From NCBI RefSeq assembly GCF_037042905.1, contig NC_087257.1, positions 7,440,001 through 7,504,000 on the forward strand: 64,000 nucleotides of DNA, in the 5' to 3' direction. Positions 27,100-40,436 of the stretch are shown piece by piece; the stretch's first letter is position 1, and each line of letters starts with the position of its first letter. The notes beneath the pieces were generated by a model. That model had not been told where the DNA came from. It saw only the letters and a list, made by a program, of their open reading frames with translations, and did no database searches. This stretch comes from Lytechinus pictus. Lineage: Eukaryota. The position numbers and the translations under genes are program-made.

Positions 27100-28210
27100 G
27101 TGATATGTACTGCAGGAAGTATCGCAGGAAAGTACTGCAGGAATTACGTGCACGTAATTTGGGACGGTACTACAGAAATGTACAACAGGAGTACAACAGG
27201 TCCGTGTCCTGTGATACTTCCTGTGGTAATAACCGCATAAGTATGGCAGGAAGTATGACAGGACACGATCACCACAACCGCTACAACCGCTACCACACTA
27301 CTACTAGTACTACAGGACAGTATCACAGGAATATCACAGGATAGTATCACATGATAGTATGACAGGACAGTATGACAGGACAGTACTACAGGAATTCCGC
27401 AGACCAGTATCACAGGGAAGTACTACAGGACAGTATCGCAGGACAGTACTACAGGAGTACCGCAGGCTTCTGGTACTGTGTCCTGTAGTACTGTCCTGTG
27501 ATACTGGTCTGGTATTCCTGTAGTACTGTGCTGTGATACTATCCTGTGGTGATAAATAGTATCACAGGACAGTATGACAGGACAGTACTTTAGGAATTCC
27601 GCAGACCAGTATCACAGGAAAGTACTACAGAACAGTACTACAGGACAGTACTGCAGGAATACCGCAGGCTTCTGGTACTGTATCCAGTAGTACTGTCCTG
27701 TGATACTGGTCTGGTATTCCTGTAGTACTGTCCTGTGATACTGGTCTGGTATTCCTGTAGTACTGTCCTGTGATACTGGTCTGGTATTCCTGTAGTACTG
27801 TCCTGTGATACTGGTCTGGTATTCCTGTAGTACTGTCCTGTGATACTATCCTGTGGTGATAACTAGTATCACAGGACAGTATGACAGGACAGTATGACAG
27901 GACAGTACTTTAGGAATTCCGCAGACCAGTATCACAGGAAAGTACTACAGAACAGTACTACAGGACAGTACTGCAGGAATACAAAGAGACCTTACCGCAG
28001 GACAATTCCTGCAGTACTGTCCTGTGGTATTCCTGTGATACTGTTCTTTGATATCTTCTGTGGCATTATTGGTCTCATCCTGCAGCCTTCTTGTGATACT
28101 TTACTGTGGTAATCCTGCAGGGGTATTCTTGTTGATTTCCTGTGACAATCCTATGGTATTGTCCTGTAGTAGTCTGTGCGATTTTCTCACGACACCGTCC
28201 TGCACTGGTT
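27100..28210. repeat. Left subterminal repeat array, including a 35-bp tandem unit
   Basis: Direct and inverted ACAGGACAGTACTACAGGA motifs; the unit TACTGTCCTGTGATACTGGTCTGGTATTCCTGTAG starts at 27691, 27726, 27761, 27796 and (partially) 27831. Confidence 0.9.
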
Positions 28211-28499
28211 TGTTAGGCGTAGTAGTTTGTAAGAATTTCCTTTGATCCAGCACAACAACTTTGACATCTTGACTAATGAAAAGAGGGGTGAAAAAACCCA
28301 CAAATTTGCAAAGACGTTAAAAGCATATTCACATACCTTTATTATGTATGAGTTGTACTATGCACAGTATAGAACATCTTTGATATCATAAATGACTGCT
28401 AGAATAATGCAGTAACATTTCATCTTTAGGATAATACATGTACAAAGATTTATATCCACCAACATTGAGATGCCACATGAACTACTTTCACTATTCATA

Positions 28500-29070
28500 C
28501 ATAAATATTTTTATCTTAAATCATAGAGTAGAATTTACTGAGCAAAATGCCGAAAATTTCATCAAAATCGGCTAACAAATAATAAAGTTATTGAAGTTTA
28601 AAGTTAAGCAATATTTTGTGAAAACAGTCGTCATGAATATTCATTAGGTGGGCTGATGACGTCACATCTCCACTTTCCGTTTTCTTAGGTTATTACATAA
28701 AATCATAATTTTTTCATTATTTCATACTTGTGTGAATAATATGTCTCCCTTATAATGAAATAAGTTGCAGCAATAAATATCTAATGCACTAGATCAGTTG
28801 TCAATCCAATTTTTCTAGTTCTTGGAGGAAAAAATTTGAATAAACCTAATTTCATATAATAAAATACAAAAGAACAAGTGGAGATGTGACATCATCAGTC
28901 CACCTAATGAATATTCATGACGACTGTTTTCACAAAATATTGTTAAACTTTAAAATTCAATAACTTTGTTATTTGTTATCCGATTTCGATGAAATTTTCA
29001 GCATTTTGCTCAGTGAATTCTACTCTATTTATTAAGCTATAAATACTTTCAGCCCGGACCACCCCTTTAA
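28500..29070. repeat. Kolobok-like palindromic MITE (left end truncated); related copy at about 39300-39765
   Basis: Inverted arms (AAAATTTCATCAAAATCGG ... GATGACGTCAC), ending ...CCCCT-TTAA. Confidence 0.65.
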
Positions 29071-30204
29071 GTCCATGAATACTGAAAGATATTTTTGAAT
29101 TAATTTCACATGATTTAGAATGTTCACCATAGGTTAGAAAAAATATGAACATAAGATTACTTTGCCAAAACGTAGATCAAATCTTTAGAGACATTAACCT
29201 TTTTGACATTGAATAGGCATATCATTGTTTTACACAGTCTTCTTGTCTAAGAATTGCTCCAACTACGTATTGAAGGGTTATATATGAATGTAAGCATGAG
29301 CCCATCATAAACACGAAATTGCGGCATGTAATTTGATTTGCTACATGTCATAATTGATAACTAAATGACGTTCAATACTTGATGTTGCTACATAAAATAA
29401 TTAAGGTCATGTGGCAACGTGAATTCATACCTACTCGAGTCATTTAGTAATTTCAATTAGTATATGACCTAATTAATTATGACATATAGCTCAAAATTGA
29501 CTTGAATAATTATGACCAATTTGATTGACCTCAATTATTTGAAGTAGCAACATCAATTATTTAACATAAGCACTCTCAATCGACGTGGAGTAACTCTTCT
29601 TTAGGTCATGTTACTATTCGAATTGGAACATGTCATTGTTTAGGTCATGCAGCAATTCAAATTACTTGCTCAAGTAAACAATTACAATTGTAATATCACG
29701 CAAAATGAATTAGCTGTACATGACATAATTCTGTTTTTTTGATGGGCTTATGCTTCCATATATTAAGTAAATAGCTTTAATTCTTAATGATTATCCAAAA
29801 ATTCATATACATAAAATAAACCAATATGAAGAGCATCATATCCAAAGTGATCACCAGTTCACCCAATGTTACAGTACAAAAATAAAAGCTGATTTTCTTA
29901 TGTACTTTCACACACGTTATACATGTGCACTGTATGTCACTTGACCCTGGCAGACAATAGAATTGACAAGCAGTGAGTCCTACATGTACATGTAGCTGCC
30001 TGGTTTGCATTATTTAATGTTATATGAATTTCAATCATGGCCATGTGCTGTTTATACACTAAATGGAGGGATCTTGTCATAATGTTATGTCAATTAAAAA
30101 CTGAATAAAATCCCAATTATCCTGAATAGACTAGCCCCCTTGCAATGGACATTGTAATCTTGTTTTCTTTTACCTTTCATTATTTTTGAAAATTTTCATA
30201 CAAC

Positions 30205-31163
30205 TAGGGCTGGGACTAAAACCCGGGTACCCGGGTCCCGCCCGGAAGCCTCGGGTACCCGGGTAGAAAAATCAATACCCGATACCCGAAAATTGCTCAC
30301 CAGTATAATGTACATGTATTTGATTTGTATTGCGTAGTGTAAGACATGATTGTAACTCATCACAAAAGTACACAAGCCTCATTTTGAATTTCACCAATTA
30401 CCCTCTAAATATCCATAAATATACAAGTTTTCAAGTGATGATGATGTGACCGAGATCGTTCAATCATCGCCATGTTTCTTTTGCAGCGCAGTGACGTCAT
30501 CCAGCCACTGCGACGCAAACCAATTTATGAATGAAAATATAGTAAACATGCGCATTGCAAGCCTCAGCCCCACGCAGTATTCCGTCAAAACAAGTCTGCA
30601 ATACTCTGTCACCTCATACCAAAATCGACCTACGAAGCGCCAGCCAATCACGTTCTTGTTACCATTTTTAGTTCATCATAAACCGAAAATGGGAACACGA
30701 TCGTGATTGGCTGGCGCATTTGACGCTCCGAAACCTGGAAATCAATTGACTTTGTTCACGTAGCGGTACAAACTCACGAACACGATGTAATATCGACGCT
30801 ACTTCGTAAGATTTTGACGGAAAAGCAAGAAGTAATACAAATTTGCTTACCTGTGCAGTATCGGTGAGAAAACCTTTCATAATTCATATGAAATATAGGA
30901 AAGTGGAATTCTAGGTCGATTTTGGTACGAGGTGACAGAGTATTGAAACTTGTTTCGATGGAATACTGCGTGGGGCACTGGAGGCTTGCAATGCGCATGC
31001 TTACTATATTTTCATTCATAAATTGGCTTGCATCGCATTGGCTTGATGACGTCACCTATGGGGTTTTTCCACCAGTCATATTTCAAGTGACATGATTTTC
31101 GGGTACCCGCCCGAAAATTACCACGGGTACCCGAAGAGAAAAAACCCGAAAGTCCCAGGCCTA
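30205..31163. mobile_element. hAT-type MITE with internal inverted repeat
   Basis: TIR TAGGGCTGGGACT / AGTCCCAGGCCTA, 8-bp TSD CATACAAC, GGGTACCCG subterminal motifs and inner inverted arms at about 30490-30630 and 30912-31055. Confidence 0.92.
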
Positions 31164-31423
31164 CATACAACTCTTTGTTTTTTTTTATACTTTATCAAAG
31201 CTTTTATGATTATAAATGTAATTAAATAATTTGACTTTAATCTTGATAAATGTATATTACTGGTATACTAATTGTGAATTTTTAGCAAGAAACAGTATTT
31301 GTGTTGGATTAATACATAAAAATGTTGCGAAATTTCGGAACAGCGTACCCAGGCATCACAAATTTGGTCTCAAAAGATGTGCAAGACTTGAAAGTAAAAA
31401 GGCAGCTAACAGCCTCCCAGTTA

Positions 31424-31890
31424 TTAACCCTTAGTTAAATTGGACCAATTTGACCCCCCCCCCCCTTCCAAAAATTTTGCGACCATGCTGTCGCACAATT
31501 TTTTTTAAACATGCCTCTTTCTAGTCTTGTGCATCTTTTGAGACCAATCTTGTGTCACCCGGTACGTGGTTCTGTAATAACGTGACATTATGTAAGTACA
31601 TGTCATACCAAAAATTGCTCAAAAACGTGATTTTGTGTACAAAGTCAATGCAATAAAGGAAAAAGTATGATTTTGTATTCTAATTACGCATAAATTAGTA
31701 TTATCACTTAATAACAATTTGCGTGAAATAATTTACAATTTAATTTTGTAAATTATGCCCTAGACAACCCATGTGCCAATGTTAGACGCGATTGTGCGGT
31801 CGAGATCTCAAGGGAGGGGGGCCCTGGAACCCCCCCCCCCTCCCCCCCTTCCCCGGCCATATCAACTCCCAAAATACCCTGGCCTTAGTT
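31424..31890. repeat. piggyBac-like (TTAA-CCC) non-autonomous repeat
   Basis: Starts TTAACCCT with subterminal poly-C tracts at both ends; the right terminus is degraded. Confidence 0.45.
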
Positions 31891-33845
31891 GACTTTCTGG
31901 CTCCTCTTGAGTAGTCACCATTCATTGGACAGCTTGTTTTTATCCACGTCTGTATAGCACGAGGCAGCTTAATCTGTAGAAAAAAAACACACGTACCATT
32001 ACGATAACATGAACAACATAAAAATACAAGAAATAAGGTGTTTTGCCACCATCTAGATCTCTTTTCACAAGTACATACCTATCGGATCATGAGGTCCTTG
32101 CGGCTATCTCTCTTAGCATATTCTTGCTTATAAAGCAAACTAAGCCGAAGAGTGACAAACAATTTATAATGCAAACAAATTGTCATAAGCACATATTGAA
32201 ACTCTTTAATAAAAAAATGAAGAATAAATCTACATCTTCTAACAAGGATTACACTGTATGCCACTGCATGAATACAATCTGCTTAATTTTGCAATTATAA
32301 TATCTACTGAAGTGAATGCCTACATAATCACCTTTTATGAACTCCAACCGTGTCTTGTACATGAACATGGCCTTTTCTGTGTACACCTGTAGTATCTTTC
32401 CCACATAATGCTGGACTTGCTGCTCGATCATCCAGAGATCCCTCTTTGAATCTTTAATGAAATGAAATGAATTTGAGTGATATAGTAAAATTTTATTTGC
32501 AGATTAATAAAAATACATGATGATAAAACTTCTTCATTTCCATATTTCAGTGTTACAATTCAGGTGCAAAGAGTCATATTCTTTAATAATATTCAACATA
32601 AAATCAATGAAAACTAGTGCTGTTGTCGATAGGCCTCATATCGACATTGATGTCGACATACGAAGGATTTTCAAAATTCCGACATGTCGACATGCACGCA
32701 CCCACATCGACATGTAAACATAAAATAAAAAGGGGTCTAGCCTACAGTCAAGAGTGTAAAGATTAGCTGAAAAGTTAGAAGCATTTATCCACAGTAATTG
32801 GCACGATTAAAAGGTTTATTCAGCTTAGCAGCGCATTAAATGAAAAAAGAATACCTGCGAGCTGTGCGGCAGTAGAAATACGTCAGTGCAGGCCGGCCTG
32901 CCCGATCGAGCCGCCCTCGATATCCCGCTATAGCGAGCGTAGCGAGAGTAGCATTCACCGTACCCACCCACGGAAATATCTACCCATCGCGCGCTATTCA
33001 CCGTGCTTGATAATACGTTGCTCCTCAATGCATTACTTTTCACATAAACGTGAGCAGCAGCGAACACGTGTTTTTGTCAAAGTTGTGACCGCCGCAATTG
33101 AGCGCTTACTTCATATCACGAAGTCACAGAAAACTTCCCTTCATTCGTTTGGAGATCGTTGCACGGATCGCCGCGGAAGTGATACTGAAATTATCGGTCG
33201 ATTTTCATTATTTTTCATTGTCAAATTGAGGAGCTTGCGTTTGCAGCACATGGTACCAGCGTATACTACGCAATGATCACTGTTGTAATAGGTGATTCTC
33301 AAATTGGCTACGAGTGTTATTGCGCAATGCTTTCGAGACCGGATCGTGGTACAAAAACTTGATTCTCCAGAAAAAAAATGTGGATTAAATCAGTGATTTT
33401 GGAAGTGAATTCACTCCAGCTTGGTAAAAAATATGTTTTCCCGAACTGAGCCTGTATTATATAGATCTAGTGTGGGGATATCACTCGTGTCAAGGTGAAT
33501 ATATTTGATTGAGAGTGTTGTTCCACGATCGAATGCTTTTTTTATGTTAGGGAGCCCAGGCTAAATTACGGTCCCTTTTTCATGTCGACATTGTCGATGT
33601 CGGGATTAATTTTTAAGCGACATGTAGACATGGATTTTTGTTCCCGACAACAGCACTAATGAAAACATTAAAAGTAGAGGAGCATTTTAACCTTACTCAC
33701 AGTCTGTTATTGTCGCTAAAGTCTTTACAATAAGAAGATTGGACACTTTGCCGACATCGCGTAATGCTTTGCATCGATTTACATGTATAATAGTCTTTGT
33801 GCCTGATCTTTTCTATGTAGTGTCTTTAATATGTAGATAAAACAT
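31886..33845 (-). pseudogene. Putative 4-exon cargo pseudogene of unknown family inside the 14.2-kb element
   Basis: Exons 33845-33701, 32451-32324, 32126-32079 and 31973-~31886 have GT-AG sites and compatible phases (1,0,0). The joined frame has two in-frame TAG codons. Confidence 0.4.
32615..33658 (+). mobile_element. hAT-type non-autonomous element, copy 1
   Basis: TIR TAGTGCTGTTGTCG / CGACAACAGCACTA with 8-bp TSD ATGAAAAC. Confidence 0.95.
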
Positions 33846-34695
33846 GCGTCCTTTAGCTAATTAGACGAACAATTTTGGAAATTAAAGACGGATCCATATT
33901 TTATCAACCGGAAGAGAAATTAGTGCTTAAATGAAGCTATTTGAGGGATATTGATGATATTTAGGGTGAATTGACTTCACATCTTTTCGTAAGTTTGTCA
34001 TGTTCATAGAAGGCCGGACTTGATTTTATAGAAACCTCTTTTAAATTTGTGGGATCGCCTACCTCGAGTGAAGTTCGTGCAGGCTCCACTCCACTTCACT
34101 ATTGCTACACTACGCTTCACCTACCCAAACTTTGAGACCGTGAACTGGATCTGATATTCCGAGTGACAATATTTGGAAAAGCGGCGCTAATGCAGTTTCG
34201 CACCGGCCGATTACCAGCATACCTCATCACCAATATCTGTTCCAAATGTCATGACAAGTCTCGCAGTCATATTTCGATGTCAATATACCTACTGCTTTTC
34301 AAAATATCCTGATCGGGAACGGCTGTATTTCGGCTTCGATCTTGACCTTGTTGATCTAATCCGTAGACATCGCTTCGCAGATCGCTTGGATTTGCCATCG
34401 CTGTAATGTTAATATGGACTGAATTTAGCAACCAAATAATGTGAGCAAAGCGGTGTTTGACTGAGGATTCGATGTCTTCGAGATCGCAGTCAAAATACAG
34501 CCGTTACCCTTCACAATATTTGGGAAAGCAGTGGGTATATTGATATCGAAATGTGAACCAAGAGACTTATCATGACATCTGGGAACAAGTATTGGTGATG
34601 AGGTATGCTGGTAATCGGCAGATGCGAAACTGTATTAGCGCCGGAAAAGCAGTGGGTATATTGACGACGAAATGTGACTGAGAGACTTGTCATGA

Positions 34696-35191
34696 CTAGC
34701 CTGGAGGCATCTGGGGAGTAAAATTATTTCTACTATACGTAGGCTTAGCACATAAATATTTATTGGCTAATGCAAGTATTTTATAATTCATGATTATCAT
34801 CGGCCGAAGTTTTTTTTTTTAATTGGCACTGCTCATGATATCGTCGCCCTCTCTTATACGTCTTTTAACTAGGCTACAAACAAAGAAGGAAATATGGCGA
34901 CAAGATCATCGGTGAGTATCTGCTCATCTTCTCACATGATTTTTCTTAATATTTGTATTATTTTTCGTGTAAAAAACTTTATAAGTGCCTAATGGGGGGA
35001 AATGAACTACTTCTTTTCCATTTACAAAATTGTGTGATAAGCAAGTTAAATAAATCAAATATTTTGGAGCAACATTGTTTTTTCAAAAAACTCTCCTTCG
35101 TGTGGCCCAATGCCTTGCCAGGCATCATGGGGAGTAAGCCTACATATACATGTAGTAGAAATAATTTTACTCCCAGACACCTCCAGGCTAG
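34696..35191. mobile_element. MITE with CTAGCCTGGAGG termini
   Basis: About 50-bp inverted ends, flanked on both sides by TCATGA (possible 6-bp TSD in a palindromic site). Confidence 0.7.
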
Positions 35192-35394
35192 TCATGACAA
35201 GACATGATTTGGGACCAAGTATTGCTAGCCTATTGGTGATGAGGTATGCTAGCACTGTAATCGGCGGGTGCGAAACTGCATTAGCGCCCCCGATCTTGCC
35301 TTTCTTGAAATGGTTAGCGGACAAGTAGCTTACTATCTTTGATTTAGTCAAGAAGTTAGACTTACGACGGTGTTGAAAAACGGGCCCCTGACTA

Positions 35395-37653
35395 GCCTGG
35401 AGGCGTTTGGGGAGTGAAAGTAATATACTGTACGTATGGTCACTCCCCTAACGCCTGGCATTTTTACTTATAGGCTCCCACACACCAAAGAAAAATGCAA
35501 CTATAAAAATGCGCCAAACTGCTAGTTATGTTTAGATTCTAGTTTTAACACTTCTGTACATGGGTAAAAATATTGGTTGGCAACGTTTGGCAAAAAATGG
35601 ATAGTTATGGTTACAAAATGATGCCAGAATTATATGAATTAATAAAAGTAGAAGAGAGTTTACTTACACTTGTTGACATCGCCATCTTTGTAAATGCAAC
35701 CTAGTTACGTGATGCGTATAGAGGGCGGCAAAATCATGAGCGGTGCTAGATTAAAAAGTGCTAAAATGTCCCGCTTCTAGTGCTGTTGTCTGAAACAAAA
35801 ATCAATGTCGACATGTCGCTTAAAAATTAATCCCGACATCAACAATGTCGACATGAAAAGGGGACCGTAATTTAGCCTAGGCTCCCTAACATAAAAAAAG
35901 CATTCGATCGTGGAACAACACTCTCAATCAAATGTATTCACCTTGACACGAGTGATATCCCTAGATCTATATAATACAGGCTCAGTTCGGGAAAACATAT
36001 TTTTTACCAAGCTGGAGTGAATTCACTTCCAAAATAACCGATTTAATCCACATTTTTTGTACCACGATCCGGTCTCGAAAACATTGCGCAATAACACTCG
36101 GAGTCAATTTGGGAATCACCAATTACAACAGTGATCATTGCGTATTATACGCTGGTACACATGTGCTGCAAACGCAAGCTCCTCAAATTGACAATAAAAA
36201 ATAATGAAAATCGACCGATAATTTCAGTATCACTTCCGCGGCGATCCGTGCAACGATCTCCAAACAAATGAAGGGAAGTTTTCTGTGACTTCGTGATATG
36301 AAGTAAGCGCTGAATTGCGGCGGTCACAACTTTGACTAAAACACGTGTTTGCTGCTGCTCACGTTTATGTGAAAAGTAATGCATTTAGGAGCAACGTATT
36401 ATCAAGCACGGTGAATAGCGCGCGATGGATGGGTACGGTGAATGCTACTACGCTACGCTCAGCTCGCTATAGCGCTAGATATAGATCTAGAGCGAGTCGG
36501 GATCGAGGGCGGCCGGCTCGATCGGGCAGGCAGGCCCCACACTGACGTATCTCTGCTGCTGCACAGCTCGCAGGTATTCTTTTTTCGTTTAATGCGCTGC
36601 TAAGCTGAATAAACCTTTTAATCGCGCCAATTACTGTGGACAAATGCTTCTAACTTCTCAGCTAATCTTTACACTCTTGACTTTAGGCTAGACCCCTTTT
36701 TATTTTATATTTACATGTCGATGTGGGTGCGTGCATGTCGACATGTCGGAATTTTGAAAATCCTTCGTATGTCGACATCAATGTCGATATGAGGCCTATC
36801 GACAACAGCACTACCCGCTTCAATCACTGAACTAGAAATACGTGGAAGTCGTGTACACCCAAGCAAAACATTGCCAGCGAACTCGATAAGTGACCGCCGC
36901 CATTTTGCTAGGTCAATTGTTCGAGAATGCGCCGTAGAAGGCAAGATGCAATATGTTTTCTCTTTGTATTTCTAGTTCAGTGGTTGGACATTTTAGCACT
37001 TTTTAATCTAGCACCGCTCATGATTTTGCCGCCCTCTATACGCGTTACGTAACTAGGTTGCATTTACAAAGGATCAAAGATGGCGATGTCAACCAGTGGA
37101 AGTAAACTAAACTCTCTTCTACTTTAATTAATTCATATAATTCTGGCATCATTTTGTAACCATAACTATCCTTTTTTGCCAAACGTTGCCAACCAATATT
37201 TTTACCCATGTACAGAAGTGTTAAAACTGGAATCTAAAGTTTTTAACTAGCAGTTTGGCGAATTTTTATACAATATAGGCCTAGTTTTTCCTTTTGCATT
37301 TTCCTTTGGTGTGTGGGAGCCTATACCGTATATAAGTACAAACGCCAGGCGTTAGGGGAGTGACCATACGTACAGTAGGATGGGGGGTGGGGTGTCCGGA
37401 CACTTAATATTTTTGAAGCCTTCTGTTTTGTCTTTGGATTACACTAAAAATACGAATTCAATAGTTGTAATCATCTTCTGTTTTGTTCTCTATAATATTA
37501 CCTAACATTTCGTACTAAACATTTTATGAAACTTTGCTTGTAAATTTTTCCAAATGACTTTCTAAAACTGATCGTCCGGACACACAACCTGTCCGGACAC
37601 ACAACAACTGGGTAGGCCTATATATTACTTTCACTCCCCAAACGCCTCCAGGC
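35395..37653. mobile_element. Foldback element of the GCCTGGAGG family with about 350-bp inner inverted arms
   Basis: GCCTGGAGGCGTTTGGGGAGTGAAAGTAATATA at the left end and its reverse complement at about 37621-37653. Arms at about 35427-35770 and 36985-37378. Confidence 0.75.
35778..36813 (-). mobile_element. hAT-type non-autonomous element, copy 2 (inverted relative to copy 1)
   Basis: Same TIRs and interior as 32615-33658 in reverse orientation, with a different 8-bp TSD (CCCGCTTC). Confidence 0.95.
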
Positions 37654-40436
37654 CACCCCTGTCCCTGACCTGGCTACAATCATGACGATACAAACATCCT
37701 CACCGCCGCCATCAATACTAGCCAGCCGTCGCGTTGGCCGTCCCCGGCCGCGCACACCGCAGATCAGCCCCCACCCGTTAAGCGATCGGGAACAACGGCA
37801 GTGCAGTGGCCGTACGGTAATGATTAAAAAGTCGAAGAAATTTAAGTGCATGCCGCGCCAAACTACGAAAAATGGATCTAACTTACTGTTTAGCCTGTTG
37901 TGTGAATGTCTTAAGAAGTCGTTGTCCGAATCTGATCCATATTCTGTTAGTTTTTTGTTGAAATATTGACGGCCTTCTTCATCAAGCTTCAGGTTCAGCT
38001 GAGCAGTTACGAACGTTTTTTTTTTTTCAAATGGCGGAACCGGAAACACGTAAGGTATATACGCGTGCAAATTACTAGTTAGCCGCAGTCCGTGCGTTTG
38101 TACGGGGAGGGGGGGGGGGGTCTTACTTTTTACTTGGCAACCAGACAATTTGACTATTTTCGCCGTCATATATATCATATTATTAACGTAAAGTAATTAA
38201 ATAAAGTAAAATTCAAATATCTATTTCTTCTTCCTTTCTTTTTCTTTTCTATGTCTTTTAATTTTTTCTTTCTCTTTATTAATTCTTTTTTTTTTAATAT
38301 AAGGATAGGATTTAAAAACATGTCTCACAATTTAACCAGGGCTTTTACTGAAAATATGTTATATAGGCGGGTATATAGGCCTACTAGTATGCAAGTAGGA
38401 TGACAAAGAAAGCAATGAGGAAAATCACAGCTCCAATCCTATGTATTTTTCATTTTATTTATTTTCAAAAACACACATTTTATCCTTTCTTGCGATCGAA
38501 GGAAAGATCCCTTTATAAGGTTCAAGTAGTAAAAGAAAATAATCTTAGATCAAGTGCCGGCAGGGTATTTTGATAACGGCCAGTGGAGGAGCAAGACAAG
38601 CAAATATAAAGATACCATTTTGAAGCGAAACATAAGAAAAGATAATAACTTTGCCAACGAGGTAAAAAAATAATATGACATCGGTCGTGACACTTTAAGG
38701 ATGGAAAATAGTTTGAAAATATATAGATACAAACTTCATACAAATTAGAAAAAAGAAGCAAAATAAACTGCCATCATATGTGAACAGAGATACAAGATTG
38801 TTCTTGCAATTAAAAAACATATTTACAAACTATGTATAGCCTCGCATCATAAAAATAGATTGAAAATATACAAATTTATTTGATTTAAAAAGAAATAGAT
38901 ATAAACCAGCCTGGCTAACATATTGCAAGGTTGCAAAGATATAAACCGGGGATATAAAGCAAAAAAAAAAATAGGCCTTAAAATGGAAATTAAATATCCT
39001 ATTTTTAGTTTATCCTATTCCACCTGTAAAATAGAAAAAAATATTGTGAATAGGAGAACAAATATTGAAGTAATTTTATTTGTAAAAATATATTTGTAAG
39101 AAAATAGGTCCTTTTTACAAAAAAAAAATAAATAAAAAAAATAGATGGGAAACTTGGAAAAATGTATTTTCTCGCAATAAAAACTTCAAGGGGCCAGTAT
39201 CGCATTAAAACTTGGTTATCAAACATTTAAAACAAAATCTTAGATAGCATTTTAACTGAGATTTATTTTTTAATCAACATTCAACGCTGAACTTTCTTAT
39301 GTTTGTGAAAACAGATAGTGTGCACATCGTCATGAATATTCATTTGGTGGGCTGATGATGTGACATTCCCATTTTCCTTTTTTAATGTTAGATATGAAAT
39401 TATGATTATCTAATTTTTTCAATACATGTGTAAATAATGTGTCTCCATTGTAATGAAGTTGCTGCATTAAATAACTAATGCGGTTAATCAGTTGTCATTC
39501 CAATTGTTTAAGTTCTTGGTAGAAATATGTTGAATAAACCTAATTTCATATAATGTACAAAAGAACATGAGATATGACATCATCAGCCCACCTATTGAAT
39601 ATTCATGAGACATGCCTAAATAAAACTGTTTCATGGGAATATTGCAAATCCTTAAAATTCAACTTAACTTCGTTATTTGTCATCCGATTTTGAATAAATT
39701 TTAAGCATTTTGCTCTGTGAATTTTACTTTATTTATTGATTATCTCTAGCCTTGACCTCCCCTTCAATTATTTTCTTGTATTGTTAGAAAGAGATGGATG
39801 AAGTAGAATAATACGTTCATGCTTATGTTTTTATTCATTACAATATCTCTTTGAAATTCAACCCGGCTTCCTCACAACCATTAAGCTCTAAGGGTGTTAG
39901 GTGTGTCCTGTATATTTCAACACGTACCCTTTTAAATGTAGTCAATTTTTGTATTATTCATCCTGTTTTTTATGTAAAAATAAGTGGCGAACAAACAAAA
40001 CAAATGATAATTGAAATTTAAAAGAGCGCATGAAAAAGAAATAACCCTGAAAACGAACAAGAGTCCTCAAAATATAAGTTGCCCATTTTGGGGTCAATAA
40101 TTTTTCACATTTTTCAGTTCGCGCTTTGCTCCTAGTTTTGATCTAGTACGTATAGTACCCTTTCTCGTAGAAATAGAAGCTATCAAACTTAAAACCTCTG
40201 AGTCTCAGTAGGCATAACCCCCCCTCGCTGATATAGACCTACACGATGGGACAGGGTGAAATATAATTTTCAAATAGGGCCTATATGTCACAATCTAGCT
40301 ATCACAAAATTAAATTTTCATATAAAAAATTTTACTTTTTAAAATGAATGGTGCCCTTTTAAGCCATATGGCCTTCTAAAAATTTAAGACTCAATACGCT
40401 ACTGACCTCTCCCGAAACTGAAGAAAAAAGATAAAT

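Noticed and set aside
27100-28210. Regularly repeated units superficially resembling a CRISPR array
   Set aside because: The units are contiguous tandem or inverted copies without unique spacers, there are no cas genes, and the context is eukaryotic. They are explained as transposon subterminal repeats.
37618-38178. 186-aa minus-strand ORF (LDEEGRQYFNKKLTEYG...)
   Set aside because: It crosses repeat boundaries and homopolymer runs, and shows only a vague resemblance to transposon accessory proteins.
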